The translations under genes were made by a program, and so were the position numbers. Source: Candidatus Dormiibacterota bacterium (GTDB taxonomy: Bacteria; Chloroflexota; Dormibacteria; Aeolococcales; Aeolococcaceae). Taken from it: a stretch of DNA of 64,000 nt. Where the stretch lies: NCBI GenBank assembly GCA_963709585.1, contig CAVPXI010000013.1, positions 32,001-96,000 on the forward strand, written 5' to 3'. This document shows positions 10,366 to 21,580 of the stretch, in pieces. Below the pieces are notes generated by a model. That model saw only the letters and a list, made by a program, of their open reading frames with translations. It was not told the DNA's origin and searched no databases. Position 1 is the stretch's first letter. Each line of letters starts with the position of its first letter.

Positions 10366-13068
10366 GCGACGCGAATCCACACGGATACCCATCGGCCTGG
10401 GCGATCGACGCGGTCCTCGCCGATGGTGGCACCGTGCACATACGACCCATCCGGCCGGATGACGCAACCGCGCATCGTGCATTCTTCGCACGCCAATCCG
10501 AGCAGAGCGTGTACTTCCGCTTCTTCGGTCCGCGGTCGGACCTGACCGATCGCGAAGTCACCCGTTTCACGACCGTCGATTACCACGACCGCATGGCCTT
10601 CGTCGCGTTCCTGCGCGAGGAGATGATCGCCGTCGGTCGCTACGATCGACTCGCCCACGGTGACGAGGCCGAGGTCGCCTTCGCGGTCGCCGACGCCCAC
10701 CAGGGCCGCGGGCTGGCCACGTTGCTGCTCGAGTATCTCGCGACCTACGCGGCGACCCAGGGCATCACCCGCTTCAGCGCCGACACGCTCATCGACAACC
10801 GGCGGATGCTCGAAGTCTTCCAGACCGCGGGGTTCCGGCGCGAGCGCCGATCCATCGAGTACGGCGTCGTCCACCTCGCCTTCGACATCGAGCCGACCGG
10901 CGAGTCACTGGCGGCGAGTGAGCATCGCGCCTGGACAGCCGGGGTCGCCAGCATCACCAGGATCCTCCAGCCGCAATCGGTCGCGGTCATCGGCGCGGGA
11001 CGCAACCCGCAGGGCATCGGACATGCGGTCGTCCGCAACCTCATCGACGCGGGCTTCCACGGACGGGTATACCCTGTCAACCCGAAGTCCGCCGAGCTGC
11101 TCGGCCTCGCATGCTCGCCGAGCGTCGAGGCGATCGACGGTCCGGTCGACCTCGCTGTCCTCGCCATCCCGGCTGCCCAGTGCATCGAAGCAGTTGACGC
11201 CTGCGGACGCAAGGGTGTGAAGGGGCTCGTGGTGATTACCTCCGGATTCGCGGAAGTCGGCGCCGACGGCATCGAATTGCAGCGCGAACTGCTGCTGCGA
11301 GCCCACCGCGGCGGTATGCGGGTGGTGGGCCCGAACTGCTTCGGGGTGATCAACACCGCGCCCGATGTGCGCCTCAATGCCACCTTCGCTTCGCGCGCGC
11401 CGGCTCACGGCGGAATCGCCTTCGCATCACAGTCCGGGGCGCTCGGCATCGCCGTCCTGGAGCAGTCGCTCAGCTCGGGGCTTGGGCTATCGAGCTTCGT
11501 CAGCATGGGCAACAAATCCGATGTCAGCAGCAATGATCTGCTCAGGTACTGGCAGCAGGATGGGCAGACCCGGGCGATCCTGCTCTATCTCGAGTCATTC
11601 GGCAATCCGCGGGCGTTCGCTCGAGTTGCCCCGGTCGTGTCGCGCACCACACCGATTGTGGTCGTGAAATCGGGTCGCAGCTCGGCAGGCACTCGTGCGG
11701 CCGCTTCGCACACGGCTGCGCTGGCGAGCCCCGACACCGTCGTCGACGCTCTGTTCCGCCAGGCAGGTGTGATTCGCGTCGACACCCTCGAGGAGCTGCT
11801 CGATTGCGGCCAGCTGCTGGCGAATCAGCCCGCGCTGGAGGGCCACCGCCTGGCCGTCGTCGGCAACGCCGGAGGAGCGGCGGTGCTCGCGGCCGACGCC
11901 TGCGAGGCTGCTGATCTGAGCGTTCCCGAATTCGATGCGGCAACCCAGGCGGCGCTTCGTGCCCTCGGCGGGCCGAATGCGGGTGTGAGCAACCCGGTCG
12001 ATCTCGGCGCGGGCGCGACCCCGGAGCTCTTTGAGGAGGCGCTGCGAATTGTCCTGGCATCGCCGTCGATCGACGGCGCCGTGGTGATTCTCGCCCCGGT
12101 TGCAACCGCCGATCCAGAGCAGGTCGCCCGTGCCGTCGTCGGAATCGATGCCGGGACGCGGCCGATCGTGTTCGTGCACCTCGGCGACAGTGCATCGCCC
12201 GGCGGCGCTCAGCCAGGGACCTCGAAAGGTACCGTCGTACGCGTTTCCGGAGCGTGCGGTTCGAGCGTTGGGACGCATCGCCGAGCATTCGAGCTGGAAG
12301 ACTCGACCTGTCGGTCACGCCCCACACCTGGCGGACGTCGACACCGATGCGGCGCGGACGATCGTCAAGACGTACCTCGCCGCGAACAGTGACGGTGGAT
12401 GGTTGTCACCGGACGAGGCGGTGGCGATAGTTGGAGCCTTCGGCATCGCGACACCCGGTGAGACCGCGGTCTCCTCGGCAGCCGAGGCGGCAGGTGCAGC
12501 ATCGCACCTCGGCTTCCCGGTGGCCCTGAAGGCCATGGGACCAACGATCCTGCACAAATCGGACGTCGGCGGCGTGCACCTCGACCTCAGCACTGCTGAC
12601 GATGTCGCGATGGCGTTCGCAGCGATGGCTCTCCACCTCGGCGACGCCATGGAGGGAGCGATCGTGCAGCAGATGCTGCGCGGCGTGGAGCTCATCGCCG
12701 GGGTGATCACCGATCCGCTCTTCGGCCCGGTGGTGATGTTCGGGAGCGGCGGGATCGCCGTCGAGCTCTTTGGCGACCGCGTGCTCCGCATCCTGCCGAT
12801 GACGGATCAGGACGCGCACGAGATGGTGCGGTCGATTCGCGGCGCGCCCCTGCTCTTCGGTCACCGCGGCACTCAGCCATGCGACGTGACCGCTGTGGAG
12901 GACGTGCTCTTGCGAGTCGCCCGCCTTGCTGAGGAGGTGCCCCAGCTCGCCGAGATGGACCTCAACCCGGTGATCGCATCCCCGGACGGCGCCGTGGCCG
13001 TCGACGTGCGAATCCGCCTGATGCCCTGGCGCCGCCACGCCGAGAGCGAGGTCCGGCGCCTGCGCTGA
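10362..13068 (+). CDS. GNAT acetyltransferase / NDP-forming acyl-CoA synthetase-like fusion (Pat-type lysine acetyltransferase; frameshift near 12197)
   Basis: N-terminal GNAT (HQGRGLAT), CoA-binding (VAVIGA, GPNCFG, SQSGALG, GNKSDV) and ATP-grasp (FPVALK, HKSDVGGV, MDLNPV); GTG overlaps the kinase stop. Confidence 0.88.
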
Positions 13069-13077
13069 TCTCACGCA

Positions 13078-13116
13078 AGGGTCGGACGGCACTGTGCGCC
13101 GAGGGACCGATGGCCC
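13078..13116. promoter_or_regulatory. tandem DosR/DevR-like boxes
   Basis: AGGGTCGGACGGCAC (13078) and AGGGACCGATGGCCC (13102) upstream of the membrane protein. Confidence 0.5.
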
Positions 13117-13236
13117 CCGCCGAATGGGACTCCAACCCGGAATCTCATGGCGCGTGGCTCTGTCGTCAATACGCTCCTGGGGTCGAGCATGTGCATACCG
13201 GGTCAGATGGAACTCGAGAACAACAACAAAAGGGAT

Positions 13237-13836
13237 ATGGCCATGACAAACGGACTTCGTTGGCGGATCTTCGTCCTCCAGGTCGGACTGATCGGCATCC
13301 TCGCCTTCGTGAGCGGGTTCGCTTTCTGGGCGAGCAACTTCGCGACGTCGACCGTGCACGATCAGCTCGCCGCGCAGCAGATCTACTTCCCGGCTGCCGG
13401 CTCGACGGCTATCACCTCACTGCCGAAGGCGGATGCCGCGGCCATGACGCCGTACGCGGGCCAGGAGTTGCTCACCGGCCAGCAGGCTCAGGTCTACGCC
13501 AACAACTTCATCAACATCCATCTCGGCGAGATCGCTAACGGCAAGACCTACTCCCAGTTGAGCACAGAGGCCCAGGCCGCTCCCAACGACACCAAGCTCG
13601 CCGGCCAGGTGGCGACCATCTTCAAGGGCACGACGCTCCGCAGCATGTTGCTCAATGCCTATGGATGGTCTGAGATTGGCGTGTTCGCCGGCTACGCGGC
13701 CATCGGACTTGCCATAGCAGCGGTCGTCGTCCTTGGGGCCTTCCTCTTCGAGATCGTCCGCTGGCGCGAGACGGCCAATGCGGGACGGACCGCCCGCCCA
13801 GCAGCACAGCCGACGCCACTTCGGCAGCACGCGTAA
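13237..13836 (+). CDS. conserved two-TM membrane protein
   Basis: N- and C-terminal TMs; VHDQLAAQQIYFP, YANNFINIHL and FKGTTLRSMLLNAY motifs. Confidence 0.8.
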   Translation: MAMTNGLRWRIFVLQVGLIGILAFVSGFAFWASNFATSTVHDQLAAQQIYFPAAGSTAITSLPKADAAAMTPYAGQELLTGQQAQVYANNFINIHLGEIANGKTYSQLSTEAQAAPNDTKLAGQVATIFKGTTLRSMLLNAYGWSEIGVFAGYAAIGLAIAAVVVLGAFLFEIVRWRETANAGRTARPAAQPTPLRQHA

Positions 13837-13863
13837 GGGACGCCCCCCGGCACGGTCCCTTGT

Positions 13864-13900
13864 GACCCACCGGCCTCCAGGCCGGTGGGTCTTCGTTATA
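13864..13900 (+). terminator. intrinsic terminator-like hairpin
   Basis: GACCCACCGGCC-TCCA-GGCCGGTGGGTC perfect 12-bp stem followed by TTCGTTAT, 27 bp after the stop. Confidence 0.7.
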
Positions 13901-14093
13901 TGGGTCGTCTCCTTGAGGGCCCAGCGCATCGCTCATTCGGTGCGCAGGGTTACCGCCTTGCGCAGCACAGCTGAGAAGGCGAGCGTGGACCGCCGTGTGG
14001 TGCTGCGACGCTTTCGGCAGGAGCGCTCGCACCATCGGCACCTCGTCTACGCCGTCGATACGCTGAGAATGAGGGGCTGGCACCGTCACGATG

Positions 14094-14669
14094 TCAGCGC
14101 AGATACGCCTCGATGACCGGAGCGACGCGTGACACCAGCTCCTCATTGCTCGCCGATGCCACCGCGTCAGCTTTCACCACGTGGCGGAGCATCGCGATAC
14201 CGATCAGCTGTGCAACCACCAGCGACGCCCGGAGTTGCCTGTCGGGATGGTCGATGAGCGGGCTCAGGGATGAAAGCATCGCCTGGCCCAGGAACTCCCT
14301 CAGCATCGTCGCCGCTCGCTCGCTGGATACCGCCGAGCGCACGAGCCCGAGCATCACGTCTCGGGTCTGCTCCTGATCCAACACGAGCAGGTATCGACGG
14401 ACGATCAGCTTGGCTGCCTCGGAAATGCTCACGCTGGCCAGCCCGTCGAACATCGACATCGAACTCATCGTGACCTCGAGTGCAGCGAGAAACAGCGCCT
14501 CCTTCGTACCGAAGTAATGGACGACGAGAGCGGGGTCGACATCAGCCTGTTTGGCGATGCTCCGCAGGGAGGTGGCGTCGTACCCACGGGCGCCGAACGA
14601 ACGCCGTGCGACCAGCAGGATGTCGTCTCGCGTCTGCGGCCACCCGGGACGGCGGCCCGAGCGGCTCAA
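14094..14669 (-). CDS. TetR-family transcriptional regulator
   Basis: GYDATSLRSIAKQADVDPALVVHYFGTK HTH. Confidence 0.92.
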   Translation of the reverse strand: MSRSGRRPGWPQTRDDILLVARRSFGARGYDATSLRSIAKQADVDPALVVHYFGTKEALFLAALEVTMSSMSMFDGLASVSISEAAKLIVRRYLLVLDQEQTRDVMLGLVRSAVSSERAATMLREFLGQAMLSSLSPLIDHPDRQLRASLVVAQLIGIAMLRHVVKADAVASASNEELVSRVAPVIEAYLR

Positions 14670-15530
14670 CGGCCTGCTCCCGCTGAGACTATGCTGACGA
14701 ACGCCTCCTCGAGGTTCGCGGGCACCGTCGCCACGTCGCCTCGGAGGTGGTGCCGCGCGAGCGCCTCAACGACGTGCTGGGGCGATGCGGGCACTCGGAG
14801 GACGTCGCCTTGCACCTGAACGATGAGCCCCTCCGCGTCGAGCGCCGAGAACGCCTTCTGCCAGCTGTCGCACCGTGCCTCAACCACATGACGGTCACCA
14901 ATCACCTCGGCCACCGTGCCCTCGGCGACGACGCGTCCGCCGGCCATGACGACGAGCCGGTCGCATTGCTCGGCCTCCTCCATGTTGTGGGTCGTCACCA
15001 GGACGCCGGTACCGTGTTCGGCGCTGTCCCGGATGTCCTGCCACAGCCGAGCCCGGCTGAGCGGCCCAACCCCGGAGGTGGGCTCGTCGAGCACGAGCAG
15101 TTCAGGCTGGTGAGAGAACGCCACGGCAAAGGCGACCCGCCGCTGCAAACCCAGTGGGAGCGCCCCGACGAGTTGATCCCTCGCGTCACGGATGCTCGGC
15201 GCCAGCGCGAGACGAGTCGAATGAAAGGCGGACGCTGTGAACGTCCAATTCTCCTCGACCGTCAGGTCGTCGTAGAGGCCGAGCGTTTGCGGCACGTAGC
15301 CGATCCGGCGCCGCGTCGCCATCGACGGCGGTGCACCGAAGAGCGAGACCTCGCCCTGCGACGGCCGCACGAGCCCGAGCAGGAGTCGTATCAACGTGGT
15401 CTTGCCGGCACCGTTCGCACCGACGAGCCCGACGACCTCGCCGCCGCCGACGCTGGAACTCGCTGAAGTCCACGGCGGTGAAGTCACCGAAGCGCATGGT
15501 CACGTCACGGGTTTCAGCGAACGCAACCAT
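14666..15530 (-). CDS. ABC transporter ATP-binding protein (frameshift near 15460)
   Basis: Walker A GANGAGKTT, Walker B LVLDEPTSG, H-loop TTHNMEEAE; N-terminus MVAFAETRDVTMRFGDFTAVD in another frame. Confidence 0.88.
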
Positions 15531-15534
15531 CGAT

Positions 15535-16354
15535 CTAACTCTTCTGCTCGTCCGATAGAGCGGCGATGACTACGGCATCCTCGAAGTCGGGCTGCAAGGA
15601 TCCGCCCCGGGTGGGAGCTCCAGCGACGGAGCCCAGAACTCGCCAGGTTTTGCCCCAACGCCAGGAGAGCCCCTGCGGCTGTTCCGTCGAACTCAACGAC
15701 GCCCAACTTGCCGGGAACCGCGGCAATGATGTCGGACGGCGACCCGATCGCGATGGACCGTCCCTGTTCCAACAGGACAACAGTTGACGCGCGATGGGCC
15801 TCGTCGACATAGGTGGTCGCGACGACGACGGCGCTGCCTTCTGCTGCGGCTCCGGAGATGAGCCGCCACAGCTCTGCGCGGCTCACTGGATCGACTCCGG
15901 TGGTCGGCTCATCGAGCACGAGCATGGCTGGGCGATGCAGGAGCGCCATCCCGACCGCGAGCTTCCGCTGCATGCCACCCGAAAGCTGCCCGCCGAGGCG
16001 GGTCCGAGCGTCCGCCAGGCCGATTCTTTCGAGCAATTCGGTCGATCGCCTTGCCAACTCGGGTCCGCGCACGCCGTACGCACCGGCGGAAAACGCCACG
16101 TTCTCGTCGACAGTGAGGTCGACATAAAGTCCAGCCGTGGCGGGGATGTAGCCGATCTCCTTCTTCGCAGGTCGCCGAGCGACGCCGTCGCTCAGACGGA
16201 CAAGTCCAACCAGCGCTCGCAGGAGCGTGGACTTACCCGCGCCATCTCCACCGACGACGATGCTCACTGTCGAAGGCTCGACCGGCAGGGTCAGGTGGTC
16301 GAGAGCGGTTCGCGACCCGAACACAACGCTCGCGTCCTCGAGCCCCCAGGTCAT
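15535..16354 (-). CDS. ABC transporter ATP-binding protein (frameshift near 15690)
   Basis: GGDGAGKST, LSGGMQRK, LDEPTTG; natural end PDFEDAVVIAALSDEQKS in another frame. Confidence 0.88.
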
Positions 16355-17436
16355 GCGGCCACCGCCTTCGAATCTGCCTCCGTCGTGCGTCCTCGCCCGG
16401 CGCTCGGCGCAAGGTCGCGTCGGAACCGAAGCACGGCCAACCCGAGAACGACGACCGCCATTCCTGCAAGAACGAGCAGGGGCCCCCACAGAGCGGTCAG
16501 TGGCGCGGCTTTCAGCATCACCCCGCGACTGATGTCGATGAAGTACTTGAGCGGGAGGACGTAGGCGATCCACTGAACTCCGCTCGCCATCGACGAGACG
16601 GGGAATATCAGCCCTGACAAGAGGATCTGGGGAACGACGAACATGATGGCGAGCTGGATCGCCTGGCCCTGATTCTGCGACACAGTTGAGACCAGGACAC
16701 CCATGCCCAGGGTCACGAGCAGCAACAGGAGGGCGCCGAGCGCGAAGGTGGCGACGTTGCCGACGAACGGCACTCCGAAGAGCAGCATGCCGATGACCAC
16801 GATCGCAATGAGATCCAGAGCTGCCAGCAGGAGATACGGGACGATCTTTCCGAAGATGACGTCCCAGGGCCTGAATGGCATGACCGCGAGCTGCTCGATG
16901 GTCCCCGTTTGCCGTTCCCGAACGATCCCGAGGCTTGTGATCAGGGTGCCGATGAAGAGCAGGATCAGACCCGTGAGCCCAGGAATCATGATCCAGGAGG
17001 TTGTGAGGTTCGGGTTGTAGAGGATCTGGAGGGCGATGGCGGGTGCCGCCGCGCCATTCGCCTTGGCCGCCTGAGCCATGTGCGCGAACGCACTCTGCGC
17101 GGCTTCCACGGCGAAGAGTTGAGTTCCATCCATCAGCGCCGAGATCTGGGTCGGTCCAGTGACCACCGCGACCACCGCCGTTCCATCCTGGAGGCGACTC
17201 TGAGCCAGAGACCTCCCTCCGTTCGGATCGATCTCCACGACGTCAAACGGCGCACGGAGGTGGGCGGCGACAGCCTCTGCCTGCGGGCCGACCACGACGG
17301 TCGTGACCTTGGAGACGTCGAACCTGGCCGCGTAGCCAAAGACCACGAGCAGCAGGACGGGCAGCACGATCAGCAGCGCGAGGGTTCGCCGGTCTCGCTT
17401 CAGCTGTCGGAACTCCTTGACGATCATCGTCCACAC
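16351..17436 (-). CDS. ABC-2 type transporter permease
   Basis: KEFRQLKRDRRT, VRERQTGTIEQL, GKIVPY, LSGLIFP; multiple TMs. Confidence 0.92.
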   Translation of the reverse strand: MWTMIVKEFRQLKRDRRTLALLIVLPVLLLVVFGYAARFDVSKVTTVVVGPQAEAVAAHLRAPFDVVEIDPNGGRSLAQSRLQDGTAVVAVVTGPTQISALMDGTQLFAVEAAQSAFAHMAQAAKANGAAAPAIALQILYNPNLTTSWIMIPGLTGLILLFIGTLITSLGIVRERQTGTIEQLAVMPFRPWDVIFGKIVPYLLLAALDLIAIVVIGMLLFGVPFVGNVATFALGALLLLLVTLGMGVLVSTVSQNQGQAIQLAIMFVVPQILLSGLIFPVSSMASGVQWIAYVLPLKYFIDISRGVMLKAAPLTALWGPLLVLAGMAVVVLGLAVLRFRRDLAPSAGRGRTTEADSKAVAA

Positions 17437-17735
17437 GGCTCGCCTCCTAATTCACTGACTGTTGAAGTCTACGCGTGCAGAATTCTGGACTTCAGCCGCC
17501 ACACGGCGAGGTGCCGGTCCACGCCCGACGTCGACGTCACCCCAATCGCGCGCTCACTCCTGGCACTGTCCGAACACCATCGCGATGGATGGATCCGGGT
17601 CGTAGCGGGATCGCCGCTCGGCACGACCAGTTAGGGTCAATCGCCGGTCGATCAGGTGACAAACGACTGTGGTCGCGCGATGGCCCAGCCTGGTTTCCTT
17701 GACCTACGGGTCAGTGATTACCGGAGATTCGAGCG

Positions 17736-18806
17736 ATGCAAGTGCTCAGCCTTGACGAGAGATTGGGGCAACGTTCTGTCCGCCTTCGGAACATCCTGCT
17801 TGCCACCGACGGTACCCCGGCTGCTCACCTGGCGCTGGGTGCCGCGGCGGACCTGGCGAGACGGTCCGGGGCGTCACTTCATCTGGTCACGGCGTACGAA
17901 TTCGCTCCATCTAGCGTGCTGGCGTATGCGCCCTATATCGGGCCGAACAGCGCATGGGATTCGCTCGAAGCTGACGCCCGAAGGTTGCTCGACGACGAGC
18001 GGGATCGCGTGGTGGCGCTCGGCGCGACCGTCGGGAGCCTTCACGTCGCACGCGAACCGGCTTTCAGCGCCGTGATGGACGTGGCCGAGATGGTCGAGGC
18101 CGATCTCGTCGTTCTCGGTAGCCGCGAGCTCAACGGCCTGAAGCGTCTCGTGGTTGGAAGCGTCTCGGAGCATGTCGTGCACCACGTGCATCGCCCCGTG
18201 CTGATCGTGAGGGGGGGTGAAGGTACCTGGCCGCCGGCGCATGTGATCGTCGGCTTCGACAACAGCAGTGGCGCCAGATGCGCGGCGCGGTTCGCCGCCA
18301 CGATCACGCACCTCTACAAGGATCTCCCCATCGAATTGGTTGAAGCCGACGCAGAGCTGTCGGTGGCCGCGGATCGGTTTCTCAGCCCCGACGATAGAGA
18401 ACATGTCGACGCCGAGAGCCTGTTCGAGTACGCCAGGAGCCTGGACACGATCGCCGGCCGCACCGTCGAGACGGCCGTCGTGGTCGGTGATCCGGCCGAC
18501 GCTCTGAATGCGACCGGCAGCCAGCGACCCGACACGAAGCTCATCGTCGTGGGCAGTCGCGATCTCGGTGCAGTGCGACGCTTCTTGCTCGGCAGCGTGT
18601 CGACCAAGCTCCTGCACTCAGGGCACGCAGCGCTGCTGGTTGTGCCGGAGCACGCGACCCAGGGCTGCACCAACGAAAGCGATGACAAGCCAACCAACTC
18701 AATTTGGCAGGACGGCGCGTCCGCTTTGCGACATCTGTCCGCCCTGGGTGCGCGACGCGCTGTCCCTGACAAAGGTGGCGTGGAGCTTCGTATCAGTTCG
18801 ACGTGA
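17736..18806 (+). CDS. tandem universal stress protein
   Basis: Two Usp domains (ILLATDG...VVLGSR..GSVS; VIVGFD...VVGSR..LLGSVS). Confidence 0.88.
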   Translation: MQVLSLDERLGQRSVRLRNILLATDGTPAAHLALGAAADLARRSGASLHLVTAYEFAPSSVLAYAPYIGPNSAWDSLEADARRLLDDERDRVVALGATVGSLHVAREPAFSAVMDVAEMVEADLVVLGSRELNGLKRLVVGSVSEHVVHHVHRPVLIVRGGEGTWPPAHVIVGFDNSSGARCAARFAATITHLYKDLPIELVEADAELSVAADRFLSPDDREHVDAESLFEYARSLDTIAGRTVETAVVVGDPADALNATGSQRPDTKLIVVGSRDLGAVRRFLLGSVSTKLLHSGHAALLVVPEHATQGCTNESDDKPTNSIWQDGASALRHLSALGARRAVPDKGGVELRISST

Positions 18807-18868
18807 CCCTGAAGTGCGCCCGAGCCTCGCACCTTCCCCAATCCGCAAGCTCTTTGCGGACCTGAGCA

Positions 18869-20044
18869 CTAGCAGCTGTTGATGCAGGTTTGTGCTGCAT
18901 ACGTTGAATTGATAAGCGTTGCCATACCAGACGTCGCAACTGAGTAGGTCTTGTGATCGCCCAACTCGGTTGCAATCAAGATGCCGTCCGGCGTCCAGAG
19001 CGTCGGGGTCAAGTTGCTGGCACCGGTGACAGTCACGACATAGCCGCTCGCCAGATCCAGCAGGACGAGCCGAGTACCCGATGCAGTGGGGCACAAGATG
19101 GAGACCGCTGCGAAGCTGGCATCCGCTGATAGCTGCACCCCTCCATTGATGCATCGCCGTGAGGTCAACCCCGAAATGCTGTAGTTGGTCTGCGTGCCGT
19201 CGGGTGCGATGACTCGAATCGCTGCTGACGAACCACCAAGTGAACAGACGATAGTCCCGTCGTCGACGATGTCTTCGAAATTGCAGTCGCTTCCGATGCG
19301 ACCTGCGAGACCAGTGGCCGCGCCCGTCGCAGGATCGATGAGGATCGCCGGTGAGATCGCCAACGTCGAGGGTTCGGCAGGACCGCCGCACGCGTTGTCG
19401 CCCTGCGCCACGATGCCGGCAGCCGTCCACGCCACAAGACTGACCTGCGTGACTCCCGCGCCGAACGACGCACTCACGATCTTCCTCGCTCCGTTGCCAT
19501 CGTCTGTGTACACGTCGAATACCGCTCGCGTTGACGATCCGCAGGCCGGCGCATCGGTCTGCACCGCCCAGGCCCATGCCTGACCATCATCGCGTCCGAT
19601 CACCGACGGAGAACCGACAACGTTCTTCTCGAGTGTTGTGAGGGTGCCATCCGACGATATCGCGACGATTGAAACCGGTCCGCCCGGCCCGCCGACCTGC
19701 TGGCCGTCAGTTCCAATCATTCGAGCGCCAAATGTGCCGGAGATCGCCAATGTCGGATAACCGCCGACGATGGGCCCCGATGGAATTGGACCAGTCGTCT
19801 GTCCGCTCGCCAGCATCAACACACCCGGGTCGGGGTCGTGGTCGGTGAATGCGACGAGGAGCGGCTCGAACGATGGACGTGTCGGTGTGGGAGACGCTGT
19901 CCCCCCGCCGGAACCGCTTGTCGGTGCCGTGGACGGCGTCGGTGCCGTCGATGGCGTCGGTGACCTTGATGGGGTCGTCGCCGCGCCGCAGGCTGCCAGG
20001 GCAGCTGCGCTGGCGATCAAAAGCGCGGCACGTTGGATCCGCAT
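18869..20044 (-). CDS. secreted lipoprotein, hypothetical (possible beta-propeller)
   Basis: Signal peptide with lipobox LAAC, S/T/P-rich linker, AGGAG-type RBS (AGAGGAG). Confidence 0.75.
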   Translation of the reverse strand: MRIQRAALLIASAAALAACGAATTPSRSPTPSTAPTPSTAPTSGSGGGTASPTPTRPSFEPLLVAFTDHDPDPGVLMLASGQTTGPIPSGPIVGGYPTLAISGTFGARMIGTDGQQVGGPGGPVSIVAISSDGTLTTLEKNVVGSPSVIGRDDGQAWAWAVQTDAPACGSSTRAVFDVYTDDGNGARKIVSASFGAGVTQVSLVAWTAAGIVAQGDNACGGPAEPSTLAISPAILIDPATGAATGLAGRIGSDCNFEDIVDDGTIVCSLGGSSAAIRVIAPDGTQTNYSISGLTSRRCINGGVQLSADASFAAVSILCPTASGTRLVLLDLASGYVVTVTGASNLTPTLWTPDGILIATELGDHKTYSVATSGMATLINSTYAAQTCINSC

Positions 20045-20199
20045 CGCCCAAACTCCTCTTAACTAGATGTGAAACCGCTGCATCTTCGTTTGGGTTATGC
20101 GTCGAAGCCTTCGCCGGCCTGGCATGGCAATCGCGGACATCTCGCGCCTCCCTTGTGCTCCTAGTTCTGCCGGTCTATCGCAGCGAAGGGCGTCGCGAT

Positions 20200-20214
20200 A
20201 GGGCCGATGGTCAC
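20200..20214. promoter_or_regulatory. DosR/DevR-like binding box
   Basis: AGGGCCGATGGTCAC (reverse complement GTGACCATCGGCCCT) upstream of the lipoprotein. Confidence 0.55.
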
Positions 20215-20535
20215 AACATTCGACCCGTCTTTAGGGCGAAGGATCGCCTCCCACTCCTGGTCAGCGCCAAACCGAAAGCTATTTCAGGATCGGTGCACTA
20301 GTAGGCTCGGGAAGCTACGGAGCCGCGTCCTTAGACGTCGGCTATCGCGTCGGAATCCGCTCGTGACCGTCGCGTCGCCATCCCGGACCTTCGGCTCGCA
20401 GTCCACACAGAGCGCGGATAGGAACCCGTCATCTCCGCCGAGCCGACACGAGGGCTGGAGCGGCACCACCCGCCGCGCAGCGCGGCCAGTCGGGTCCGGC
20501 GCCGCGGTGGGGAGACATGAACGGCGGTCATCGGT

Positions 20536-20772
20536 CTACGGCCGTTGACGGCCCTCCACCATCGCCCGAATAATGCCCACGACGTTGCCAAGCTCCCAGA
20601 GAGCAAGGGCACCCCAGGCCGCGCGACGCGACATCCGCTCGGCCTTGACGGCGCGTGCTATGAAGACGCCTGCCGCCGAGGAAGCCGCCGCGACCCACGC
20701 CCCCGCAAGGCGAAGGTGATGCGCGATGAAGGTCGCTGCGGCGAGCCACCGTGATGTCATTGGAGCATCCAT
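20536..20772 (-). CDS. small hypothetical membrane protein (78 aa)
   Basis: AGGAGG RBS before ATG 20772; two hydrophobic segments. Confidence 0.55.
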   Translation of the reverse strand: MDAPMTSRWLAAATFIAHHLRLAGAWVAAASSAAGVFIARAVKAERMSRRAAWGALALWELGNVVGIIRAMVEGRQRP

Positions 20773-20968
20773 CGTGTGCACCTCCTGTCGTTGTTGCGCG
20801 GCCTCCCGATTACCCACCGCCGCATCCGGTCGCACCACGGCTAGTCGGACCGCCCCCACGGTGGGGTGAGACGCAAGCTCTCGACATCTTTCGGGCAGAT
20901 CAGGCTGGTGCAAGAACGCCACAGCAAATACGACCCGTCCGTTCGCACCGAGGAGCCGGTCGACAGAG

Positions 20969-21580
20969 CTACCGAATCAGTTCTAGCACGCCGGCTGCGA
21001 CCTCATCGATATGATCGCCGGTCCGATCCGACCAAGTCTGCCTCGGCGTAGGCGCGGTTCGTTGATCCCGTCCAATGGCGCCGATTGCTTCGAAGTGCAT
21101 CGCCAAAGGAATCAACGCAAAGGGACGCCGTGCTTTGTGGCTCAACTCGTGAGCAACACTCCCGAGGAAGAGATCCTCCATCGTGCTGTGTTGCCCATTG
21201 CCGACCACGATGAGGTCTGCGTCCTCGGTGTCGGCGACGTGCAATATCCCTGTTGCTGGATGCCCTTCGACAACGACGATCCGATGCTTGACGTCCTTGC
21301 TGGTCAGGGGCCCAAACAACTCCTTCTTGACATGAGATCGCACATCGTCGCCCAGGTAGTCGAACTCCCGCAGGCGAACGTCCGTCACTGTCGTACCGCC
21401 AGAGGCGCCGATAGGCTTCAGCACATGCACCGCGATGATCTCGGCGCCGCGGGATGCTGCCTCCTGGATTGCCCATTCGAGTGCGGCGTCCGATGCCGCC
21501 GACCCATTCACTCCCACAACGATCTTCTGCGTGCTCACAACGTCCGCCTTGGCATTTGAGGATTGTTCGCTCAGGGTCAT
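20969..21580 (-). CDS. universal stress protein
   Basis: KIVVGVNGS...DLIVVGNG...FLGSVAHEL. Confidence 0.88.
   Translation of the reverse strand: MTLSEQSSNAKADVVSTQKIVVGVNGSAASDAALEWAIQEAASRGAEIIAVHVLKPIGASGGTTVTDVRLREFDYLGDDVRSHVKKELFGPLTSKDVKHRIVVVEGHPATGILHVADTEDADLIVVGNGQHSTMEDLFLGSVAHELSHKARRPFALIPLAMHFEAIGAIGRDQRTAPTPRQTWSDRTGDHIDEVAAGVLELIR

Noticed and set aside
8688-12392. 1234-aa ORF looking like a novel GAF-kinase-GNAT-CoA-ligase fusion
   Set aside because: The kinase's normal C-terminus (SKPGSGTTITVTVPL*) is in another frame ending at 10365 with a GTGA overlap; one extra base near 10317 explains the fusion
19915-19960. Short tandem repeat GTCGGTGCCGT(G/C)GA(C/T)GGC
   Set aside because: Encodes the PTPSTA linker of the lipoprotein; ordinary low-complexity coding repeat
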